NCBI GenBank assembly: GCA_016840465.1
Contig: JAEOSH010000065.1
Location: 1-10,936, forward strand
Length of the DNA: 10,936 nt
DNA from: Candidatus Baldrarchaeum yapensis
GTDB lineage: Archaea; Asgardarchaeota; Baldrarchaeia; Baldrarchaeales; Baldrarchaeaceae
Direction: 5' to 3'
The position numbers were made by a program, and so were the translations under genes. Below the pieces are notes generated by a model. The model searched no databases. It was given only the letters and a program-made list of their open reading frames with translations, and was not told where the DNA came from. Shown piece after piece: positions 1 through 6,741 of this stretch (its first letter is position 1; each line of letters starts with the position of its first letter).

Positions 1-47
1 AGTAGCACTATCGCGATGCAATCGAGGACCACGTACTTCCTCTTCAT
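1..47 (-). CDS. 5' end of a gene running off the left edge (MKRKYVVLDCIAIVLL...), possible signal peptide or membrane anchor
   Basis: ATG at 47-45 overlaps the TGA (46-44) of the upstream membrane protein gene (ATGA coupling). GGAGG lies a few nt upstream. The sequence is basic then hydrophobic and open to the window edge. It is not in the ORF track. Confidence 0.5.
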   Translation of the reverse strand, partial: MKRKYVVLDCIAIVL

Positions 48-427
48 TTTTCAACCCTCCTGACTGCCATTTTTGTAAAATATCCTACACATCCTCCGAG
101 AAAGACGTAAATTGCCGCTAGTATGAGCGATAGCGCTATTATTCCGGTCGCACCGAGGCCTATGATGCTCCCCATGAGTTCCAGTAGGTAGCCGGCGTCA
201 TACGAGTACAGGACATAGGCTATCGCTATCGCGTATGCAGCCAGCGCGCCCACGATCGTAGAAATCGCCATGATAACTGCTGTTTCCGAAATAATTCCTG
301 CTATTACGCCGGCAACGGGCGCCAAGTACCATAAACCAGTGAACTCAAATAATATCGAAAGGACGAATGCCGTGACAAATGGAACAATTTTCCAAGTGGC
401 TTTAGTGATTTTTTCCTGCTGTGCCAA
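44..427 (-). CDS. Small integral membrane protein (about 127 aa, roughly 4 hydrophobic Gly/Ala-rich segments), function unknown
   Basis: ORF 44..436 is almost entirely hydrophobic. The GTG at 436 sits inside an SD-like GGGTGAT, so TTG at 427 is the more likely start. It overlaps the next gene by ATGA. Confidence 0.7.
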   Translation of the reverse strand: MAQQEKITKATWKIVPFVTAFVLSILFEFTGLWYLAPVAGVIAGIISETAVIMAISTIVGALAAYAIAIAYVLYSYDAGYLLELMGSIIGLGATGIIALSLILAAIYVFLGGCVGYFTKMAVRRVEK

Positions 428-467
428 GAAGATCACCCGTCAGGATTCCTCTCCCGTTTAGAGTTCG

Positions 468-506
468 TCATAAAATTTTCCGCTGACTTATTGTATAAAT
501 TTTTTC
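468..506 (-). promoter_or_regulatory. Candidate BRE/TATA promoter(s) for the membrane protein operon
   Basis: On the minus strand, GAAAAAA-TTTATACA (506-492) and GGAAAA-TTTTATGA (481-468) both fit purine-rich BRE plus TATA upstream of the 427 start. Confidence 0.35.
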
Positions 507-606
507 TTGCAATTTTGTGTTCACTGTCGCGGAATTCCTGAGATCAGCGTGTGGGGAAAAAACGGCGGTACGGGATTCACGCATGATGTATTTATAGGTA
601 CGCAGT

Positions 607-636
607 GATTGCAATTGCAACATAATAGTTGCAATC
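607..636. repeat. Palindromic TTGCAA array, candidate transcription factor site
   Basis: GATTGCAATTGCAACATAATAGTTGCAATC contains TTGCAA at 609, 615 and 629, a perfect 12-bp palindrome (609-620) and a perfect 8-bp inverted repeat ATTGCAAC-N6-GTTGCAAT (614-635). It lies just downstream of TTTATA at 591-596. Confidence 0.5.
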
Positions 637-847
637 GTTGAGATGGGGATCCAGTCGTCATTTGGAATAGAAGCCTTAGCCATATTGTAGTCTGATGGTG
701 AGATTTTACCTATGGGGCGCGTTATGGGGGTCTTGGATCAGAGATGTGCTGTCTTATTACAAATTTACCTCCTTAGTGGTGTACTGCATGATTTAATAGG
801 TTCTCGTGGCAAGATATCTAGTGCATGTGAATATGCGGGTGGTGGTT

Positions 848-1702
848 ATGAAGTTTAAGGTTGCGCTCGCGCAGATGAACAGCATTTGTGGAGACGTCGA
901 GAAGAACCTTGCCAAGATGGAGGAATTAGTGGTGAGGGCTTCGAACGAGGGCGCGAAGATGGTTGTGTTCCCAGAGATGTGCCTCTCAGGTTACATGGTC
1001 ATGGACGGGAAGGACTTCCAGACGATTTTCAGGTGCGCAGAGACCGTGGACGGTCCCTCGGTAAAGAGGATGAAGAAATTATCGGAGGATCACGGGATAT
1101 ACATAGTTTTTGGCATGCCCTTGGAGAGCAGCACCGTCAGGGGCGTTATCTTCAACAGCGCGATACTTGTGATGCCCTCGGGAGAGGTAGGAGTTTATAG
1201 GAAGACGCACCTGCCGACCGGCAACTTGGGAGGAACGACGTACTATGAGGGTCTCTACTGCCAGGCGGGGGATAGCTTTCCGGTTTTTGACACGGAGCTG
1301 GGGAGGATAGGCTTGGAGATATGTTATGACTTTGCATTTCCCGAGGTTACGAGGATCCTTGCAATAAAGGGCGCGGATATCGTGATCAACATATCCGCCG
1401 GACCGGAGACCTCAAAGCCGTTCTTCGATGCGATGCTTCCCGTAAGGGCGATGGAGAACGGAATATTCCTCATATACGTGAATGTTGCAGGGGAGCAACG
1501 CGGCTATAGGTTCTTTGGTCACAGCAGGATTTTCGATCCACTTGGAAGAGTCGTCCTCGAGTGCGCGGTCGGCAAGGAGGACTTCAAGGTTGGAACCATA
1601 GATCTTGGGCAGATAAAGATGATGCGGTCGTTGCTCCCCGCGTTTAAGGATAGGAACAGGAGGCCCGAGATCTACGGTGAACTCGCAAAGCAGTACGCAT
1701 AA
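848..1702 (+). CDS. Nitrilase-superfamily carbon-nitrogen hydrolase (284 aa)
   Basis: N-terminal KVALAQM and the Glu-Lys-Cys triad motifs VVFPE, YRKTHL and EICYDFAFPE, plus RAMENG and FFGHSRIFDPLG. The start is moved from 806 to ATG 848, which follows GGGTGGTGG and matches the family N-terminus. Confidence 0.92.
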   Translation: MKFKVALAQMNSICGDVEKNLAKMEELVVRASNEGAKMVVFPEMCLSGYMVMDGKDFQTIFRCAETVDGPSVKRMKKLSEDHGIYIVFGMPLESSTVRGVIFNSAILVMPSGEVGVYRKTHLPTGNLGGTTYYEGLYCQAGDSFPVFDTELGRIGLEICYDFAFPEVTRILAIKGADIVINISAGPETSKPFFDAMLPVRAMENGIFLIYVNVAGEQRGYRFFGHSRIFDPLGRVVLECAVGKEDFKVGTIDLGQIKMMRSLLPAFKDRNRRPEIYGELAKQYA

Positions 1703-1722
1703 TCCTCTTTTTATTTTGAATT
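1703..1722 (+). terminator. Possible T-rich archaeal terminator after the C-N hydrolase
   Basis: TCCTCTTTTATTTTGAATTT directly follows the stop codon, in a 43-bp gap between convergent genes. Confidence 0.35.
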
Positions 1723-1745
1723 TGCGGTGCATTTCCGTCAAAACA

Positions 1746-2897
1746 TCATTCAACTCTTACCGCGCGAGTTCCTATAAAGTTCAGCTTGAACTTCCTTATC
1801 ACCTCGGGAGGGACGATCTCTCCGTCCGGCCTCCTAAAGTAAAGAGCATCGGAGGGACATTGAACGATACACGCTCCACATTTTATACATCGCTCTGCTT
1901 CCACCATGACTGCCACGTTTTTCTCCTCATCCATTCTGTAGCAGTTTCTCGGGCAAACGTTCTCACAGGTACGGCAGCCGATGCACTTTTCTTGATTTAT
2001 TTCGATGGTAAGGAGACGATCCTTGAGAAATTCACTTCTGTAAATAGGGGTAAGACCCATTAGGTCCATGTTTAGTACAAAGGTGAGTATTACTGATATG
2101 GCGGCCCATCTGAGGATCTCAATCCACGACAATTGTCCCGTTAGGAACTCCACGATCGAAACGAGCAGTATGAATATTCCCCACACAAACAGCGAGTAAA
2201 TGAGTGTGTCTAAGAAACGTGGTTGTCCATTTGGCGTTCTTTTCCTTCTGCGGTCAGCCATTCTTGAAAACAGCGGAAATGCCAAGAATGTCAAGAATGA
2301 TAGTGACCAGATTGCGACAAGTGCGGGAATCATTAGTTTTGGGAACACGAAAAACAATATGAGACCTATTATTAACGAAATTGGGAACGCCCATGCGACA
2401 GAGATTTCTAGTCGTTGTCTGAGCGGAAATTTGATCTCTCGCATATTGGGAGTTTTCTTAAGGTTGTTTCTTAGGAACTCGGGGATGTCATGCGCGTAGA
2501 CCGGTCCCCATATCACATTCCATCCCGTCTTTTCCTTTATGACTTTGGCTTCGATTCCCGATGCTGCGAGTTGCGGCAATATTATGTTTCTGTGACCGAC
2601 GAGTTCTTCTATTCCGCTGGTTTTTAGGATGGAGATGACGCTGTGATTTGTAAGATGGCCGCCCGCCGATGCGCACCACACGTTAATGCCCCTACTATTT
2701 GCCACTAGCAGGTAGCAGTCAATTCCTCTGATCGCCTTCTTTACTCTTTCCACGGTCAGCCAGTAATTACAAGTTAAAAGGACGGGTGAGTCTCTCCCGG
2801 GGTTGCCTATCTTGATGACCCCCGTCCTGCACGGGATGGGGATAAACCTCAGTAGGGTGCACAGGACGTTTGCGACGAGATACCTTAAGTTGCTCAT
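1746..2897 (-). CDS. hgcAB: HgcAB-like fusion protein: CdhD/HgcA-type corrinoid-binding domain, about 4 TM helices and a C-terminal 2x[4Fe-4S] ferredoxin (383 aa)
   Basis: HgcA-like motifs in order: GNPGRDSPVLLTCNYWLTVE, cap helix GINVWCASAGG (Cys75, nt 2690-2658), IILPQLAASGI and WGPVYAHDI. A hydrophobic block follows, then CIGCRTCENVCP and CIKCGACIVQCP. The symbol denotes homology, not demonstrated Hg methylation. Confidence 0.88.
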   Translation of the reverse strand: MSNLRYLVANVLCTLLRFIPIPCRTGVIKIGNPGRDSPVLLTCNYWLTVERVKKAIRGIDCYLLVANSRGINVWCASAGGHLTNHSVISILKTSGIEELVGHRNIILPQLAASGIEAKVIKEKTGWNVIWGPVYAHDIPEFLRNNLKKTPNMREIKFPLRQRLEISVAWAFPISLIIGLILFFVFPKLMIPALVAIWSLSFLTFLAFPLFSRMADRRRKRTPNGQPRFLDTLIYSLFVWGIFILLVSIVEFLTGQLSWIEILRWAAISVILTFVLNMDLMGLTPIYRSEFLKDRLLTIEINQEKCIGCRTCENVCPRNCYRMDEEKNVAVMVEAERCIKCGACIVQCPSDALYFRRPDGEIVPPEVIRKFKLNFIGTRAVRVE

Positions 2898-3562
2898 TCG
2901 GTTTCCCTCATCGGCTTTCTTGCAACTACTTCCACGAAGTTTTCCAGCCTGCTGACCCTTATAGACTCTATTATGAAGCCGGCCTTCTCAAGTCTTTCGG
3001 GCAGGTTCTTTATCGGGTGGGAGGTTCTCTGAGCAACCAGATAAGTTATCAGGAGCAGAGGTGCTCTGATTATCCAATTAATAACTCTTTTGAGGCGGTT
3101 TCTCGGCACAACTTCGTCTGCTACGAGGAAGAGACCCCCTGGTTTCAATATTCTCATCACCTCTTTTAGCGTGTAGTCGAGTTCGTGGGTTGTCAATTCT
3201 GATAGCACAAGAACAGCAGTCACCACGTCATAACTTTCTGATTCCTCCTTATCCAGTTCAACGACGCTCATTTCATGCAGTTCTACCCTATCTGAGAGAT
3301 TTTCCTTTTCGATCTTTGCTAGCGCGATCTCGAGCATCTCGGGGTTTACATCGATTCCCTTCACCAGTGCCCCTCTCCGTGCTGCTCTTATCGTCATGTT
3401 CCCGGTTCCGCACCCTATGTCGAGAACGCGTTGTCCGCTCTTGACGTGAGATGCAAGGCTATCGTATACATTCTCCGCCTTTCCGAGAGTAATTATCCGG
3501 ATGCCCCAATCGTATTTCTTCGGGGACGATTCGAAGATTCTCATCAGAACGTATGCGCACAT
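2894..3562 (-). CDS. cpaM: Class I SAM-dependent methyltransferase, UbiE/MenG-like (222 aa); resembles the family I recall as corrinoid protein-associated methyltransferase CpaM
   Basis: Motif I VLDIGCGTG, post-I GIDVNPEML, YDVVTAVLVLSEL and LKPGGLFLVADE. Its TGA overlaps the ATG of the HgcAB-like gene (2897-2894). The start is placed at ATG 3562, about 28 nt below a TATA-like box, rather than 3586. The CpaM name is from memory and needs an HMM check. Confidence 0.85.
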   Translation of the reverse strand: MCAYVLMRIFESSPKKYDWGIRIITLGKAENVYDSLASHVKSGQRVLDIGCGTGNMTIRAARRGALVKGIDVNPEMLEIALAKIEKENLSDRVELHEMSVVELDKEESESYDVVTAVLVLSELTTHELDYTLKEVMRILKPGGLFLVADEVVPRNRLKRVINWIIRAPLLLITYLVAQRTSHPIKNLPERLEKAGFIIESIRVSRLENFVEVVARKPMRETE

Positions 3563-3589
3563 TAAGCGACACCGGAGGTGTAGCATTTG

Positions 3590-3611
3590 AATTTATGTGC
3601 AACAATGTTGC
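3590..3611 (-). promoter_or_regulatory. Candidate TATA box with an adjacent 13-bp palindrome for the methyltransferase-hgcAB operon
   Basis: GCAACA-A-TGTTGC (3599-3611) is a perfect inverted repeat just upstream of ATAAATT (3596-3590, minus). The spacing to ATG 3562 fits a leaderless mRNA, and no SD is visible. Confidence 0.4.
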
Positions 3612-3766
3612 TAGGTGATATCGTTCGAGATTCTAAATTTCTGGAATGTAATTAGTAAGGTTATCTTTAAGGAAGAGAAACTTAATGTATGATTAAAATA
3701 TTGGTCACTATCGATTAAACGAAACTCTAAGCTAGGATTGCCTCTACATTTATTGGATGTGATCAC

Positions 3767-4243
3767 ATGAGAGAAAGCTTACATGCGGTACTAGCCGTTG
3801 CTGAGTGGCTTCTACTGATCCTTTGTATAGTCGTGGGGTTTTTCTTCGGTCTTAGTTTCTTTAATATGTTTCTTTGCATAGCCGGATGGTCCATTTTCAC
3901 AACGGGAATGGCAATTCATTTTCTCAGTCACAAGGAGCACCCTAAGGCGCATAAGAGCATTGAGGAAATAGATTACGTTGCATCGAAGGGAATTTACTCA
4001 TGGGTTAGACATCCAGGGTACTTAGGGCTAATACTTGCATACTTAGGACTCGCCATAGCATTCGGAAGTGTTCTTGCATTAGTGGTCGCGGTTCTCTTCG
4101 CGGTTCATCACTATCGCCTCGCCTGCAGGGAGGAGAAAATGATGCTGGAGAAATTCGGTGAGCGCTATGCAAAGTACATGGAAGAGGTGCCGGATAGATT
4201 TATACCGATAAGAAAACTCCTAAGGAAGTTGAAATACAAGTGA
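3767..4243 (+). CDS. Isoprenylcysteine carboxyl methyltransferase (ICMT/Ste14)/PEMT-family membrane methyltransferase (158 aa)
   Basis: Several TM segments and the family motifs KGIYSWVRHPGYLG and REEKMMLEKFGERYAKYMEEVPDRFIP. An SD-like GTGAT lies 3 nt before the ATG. Confidence 0.88.
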   Translation: MRESLHAVLAVAEWLLLILCIVVGFFFGLSFFNMFLCIAGWSIFTTGMAIHFLSHKEHPKAHKSIEEIDYVASKGIYSWVRHPGYLGLILAYLGLAIAFGSVLALVVAVLFAVHHYRLACREEKMMLEKFGERYAKYMEEVPDRFIPIRKLLRKLKYK

Positions 4244-4381
4244 ACTGAGATTTTTTGGTGGAGAACATCAACCTCGCAAACTCTGAGGATGCGGGATACT
4301 CTAAGAATCCTATAGGCTCATATGTCGAAGACCCCGCGCTCCGTTCTTCAAAAGCAATATGGAAACTCGAACTGGTGATAC

Positions 4382-4427
4382 TATACACCATATAGTTTAT
4401 ACACCATATGGTGTATACACCATATGG
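4382..4427. repeat. Three copies of TATACACCATAT at 16-bp spacing, forming two overlapping perfect palindromes
   Basis: Exact 12-mers start at 4382, 4398 and 4414. The palindromes are TATACACCATATGGTGTATA (4398-4417) and CCATATGGTGTATACACCATATGG (4404-4427). They overlap TTTATA (4396-4401) and run up to the SD of the ATPase gene. Confidence 0.9.
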
Positions 4428-4435
4428 GTGATACC

Positions 4436-5968
4436 ATGTTTGTTAACAGGGAGCAGGAGTTGGAGGTTCTGCGGAGGCTCTTCGATGCGAGGTTGAAAGG
4501 ATCAAGTTTTCATGTTTTGGTTTATGGGCTGAGAAGAGTGGGGAAGACAGCTCTTATTGACGAGTTTCTGCGCGATAAGCGCGGATTTAGGGTGGACTGC
4601 TCGTATGTATCTCATGGGACGGATCTTTTTAGGGCCATGTTCCACGAAATTCTTTCTCTCGAGGGCGAGGGTTTTCCCGTGAGGCCGAATGAGTTGAGAT
4701 CCCCGGCTTTAAGGAAATATTACCCTTACTTTGAGAGGCCCCTTGAGGATTCCCTCGAAATGCTGAGGCAAGCGTTCTTCCTCATTAATGAGTATGCTAG
4801 GGAGGTGGACCACTTAGTAGTGGCACTTGACGAATTCCACGGGCTCGTGGAGAACATTTCCCTGCTCACGCCGGGCGCGCCAGCTGAGGTTCTTAGATCG
4901 AGAGTTCTGTGGATGGTGCGTGACGCCCTACAGAGATCCCCCAATAACGTGTTTTGGATTATGTGCACGAGTGCGGGATTCCTCATGGAGGAATACGGGA
5001 GAGCAGATAGTGCCTTTTTGGAGATGTTTCAAAAACTTGAAGTGGGACCGTTGCCGGAGAGGGCTTCAGCAGAACTTGTAAGGGCAAACTTGTCAAATAT
5101 GGGTGTTAGCTTCTCGGAAGATGCCGTTTTGGAAATTTCAAGGATATCAGGTGGGATTCCTGCAATAATAAACGAGATAACCGCCGCACTTGCAACCGAG
5201 AGGGAGATTTCAGGAACAGTTGTTAGGAAAAGGGTGAGGGAGTTGCTGGAGCGTGGGGAGTTTGATGACTTCTTCGAGGCCTACATTTCCTTCATCGCGG
5301 ATTGGAGCAAATGGAGCAAGCAGACGATCCTTAAGGTTCTGCGGTGCATTGCAGAGGGTAAGACCACACCGAAGGAAATAGCACGGGTGAGCGGTATGAA
5401 ACCATCCACCGTTGCAAACATGCTTGTGGATTTGAAGAAGAAGCACGTGATAACAGAGTCAAAGGAAATAAGGTACCCATTGCTCAGAGAATGGTTGCTG
5501 GCGCGGCCACACCCTCCGTTTGGAATTCCGAGAAGAGAGTTGCTGATGATGCATCTCGGAATTACGTTTGAGTCGTACTGCAGGGAACTCTTCCAGAGAA
5601 TAAAGGAGACGGTTTCCATAGAGGACGAGGACAAGATGTTCTTAGGAACGCGCCAAAGGCTGGAAATCCCACCAGTTGTCGAGGTAAAATCGGGTGAAGA
5701 CGCCGATATATTGGTGATAACCGAGAAAGGGGTACTCGTAATTGAGGTGAAATCCGGGGTCATTTCAAAGAGAGATGTCGAGAAACTCGACGAGAAAGCG
5801 GACAAGTATGGAAACGTGATATCCAAGATAATAATCGCAATGAGAGGTGCACTCCCGAGCGCGATCGCGGAGTGCATCAAGCGGAAAATCACAATCCTCA
5901 CGGCGGATGCAATAAACGCACTTGCGGGTAAGGTGCGCATGCCTAAACTTCCACGCATAAAACCATGA
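4436..5968 (+). CDS. Archaeal (MJ-type) ATPase with winged HTH and C-terminal PD-(D/E)XK nuclease-like domain (510 aa)
   Basis: N-terminal FVNREQEL, Walker A GLRRVGKT and Walker B LVVALDEFH. wHTH TPKEIARVSGMKPSTVANMLVDLKKKHVI. Nuclease-like FESYCREL...DADILVITEKGVLVIEVKSG. The start at ATG 4436 follows SD GGTGA. Confidence 0.85.
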   Translation: MFVNREQELEVLRRLFDARLKGSSFHVLVYGLRRVGKTALIDEFLRDKRGFRVDCSYVSHGTDLFRAMFHEILSLEGEGFPVRPNELRSPALRKYYPYFERPLEDSLEMLRQAFFLINEYAREVDHLVVALDEFHGLVENISLLTPGAPAEVLRSRVLWMVRDALQRSPNNVFWIMCTSAGFLMEEYGRADSAFLEMFQKLEVGPLPERASAELVRANLSNMGVSFSEDAVLEISRISGGIPAIINEITAALATEREISGTVVRKRVRELLERGEFDDFFEAYISFIADWSKWSKQTILKVLRCIAEGKTTPKEIARVSGMKPSTVANMLVDLKKKHVITESKEIRYPLLREWLLARPHPPFGIPRRELLMMHLGITFESYCRELFQRIKETVSIEDEDKMFLGTRQRLEIPPVVEVKSGEDADILVITEKGVLVIEVKSGVISKRDVEKLDEKADKYGNVISKIIIAMRGALPSAIAECIKRKITILTADAINALAGKVRMPKLPRIKP

Positions 5969-6668
5969 GAAGGAGCTGATTGATCCACCAGATTTTCGTC
6001 TAAAATTCCAAAGGTTGAGCAAACACAATTAAGTGGATAAAAATACCACTCGCGAACTCCGTCCAGATATGAACAACTTCTACCCCACTTTTTAGCAGTG
6101 AGTCCGTCACGACCATCACACGAATTTTTGGGTAACTTAGAGACTCGGTCAAATTCGGCACTTCAGCCGCGACTTTGATGGAAAGGTTTCGTTTTCTTCT
6201 TGTACTGCCTTTCGGCTTGCTTCTTTCCGCGGATTCTTTTAATCGCGCGAAGCAGTACGTGTGTTTTGTGTAGGTTTGTGATAATGTGCCCACTGCTCAT
6301 GAGGGCGTGTCAATGGAGGTGATTCAGTTGACGACCTTCTTGAAGGGAGATGTAATACTTTCCACGACAAAGGATTTGGATCCGTATCGGCGAAGGACTT
6401 TCTGGTCGATCGCTATGATGAGTAGAGACCTGCTATCTTTTTCGCGCTCTTCTGGGGCCTTTCTATAACGGGGGTGATTGGGCACACGCGGGTAGTGCGT
6501 TATCGCGAATACTTTCCAGCAGTGAAAGTAGCATGCCGATGTAAGCGTCAAGTGCCGAAATGTTCCTTTTCGTCAGTTAGTTGGCAGTACTATGATGATT
6601 AGCCGGGTCTTCTCTTTCCAATCCTTATCATAGGTAATCATCCACTTGACAATAACTTGGCAAAAGAT

Positions 6669-6707
6669 TGACTTTGACAAGGTCATTAGTATCAAAAACT
6701 TTTAAAT
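6669..6707 (+). promoter_or_regulatory. Candidate pckA promoter: imperfect palindrome, then BRE and TATA
   Basis: TGACTTTGACAAGGTCA (6669-6685; 7 of 8 pairs complementary) is followed by AAAAAC-TTTTAAATT (6694-6708), about 35-40 nt upstream of ATG 6742. Confidence 0.4.
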
Positions 6708-6741
6708 TACCTTGCTGCAAGTCCATGTGGTGCATTACATA

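Noticed and set aside
468-683. 71-aa minus-strand ORF
   Set aside because: No SD and no recognisable motif, and it covers candidate promoter elements.
582-695. C/D box sRNA (ATGATGT ... CTGA)
   Set aside because: The C box is imperfect and the span of about 110 nt is roughly twice the usual archaeal size, with no clear C'/D' boxes.
848-1702. C-N hydrolase as part of the methylation module
   Set aside because: It is convergent and separately promoted, with a terminator-like tract between; adjacency is the only link.
1746-2897. Calling this a bona fide mercury methylase
   Set aside because: The cap helix lacks the GK ending, the HgcB terminal cysteines are missing, and fused forms tested so far did not methylate Hg.
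4200-4395. Short ORFs on both strands between the ICMT and ATPase genes
   Set aside because: They have no SD or motif and run through the repeat array; at most a remnant.
4382-4427. CRISPR mini-array
   Set aside because: The 12-bp units have 4-bp linkers, far below CRISPR repeat and spacer sizes, and there are no cas genes in the window.
6380-6410. RNase P-like GAAAGUCC on the minus strand, plus a nearby GCC-GAAA-GGC hairpin (about 6206-6215)
   Set aside because: Only isolated short matches; the other conserved RNase P elements were not found.
6000-6686. Selenocysteine or TGA-recoded gene
   Set aside because: The TGA contexts (N*R, N*I, S*A) are not redox motifs, I recognised no SECIS, and several good genes in the window end in TGA.
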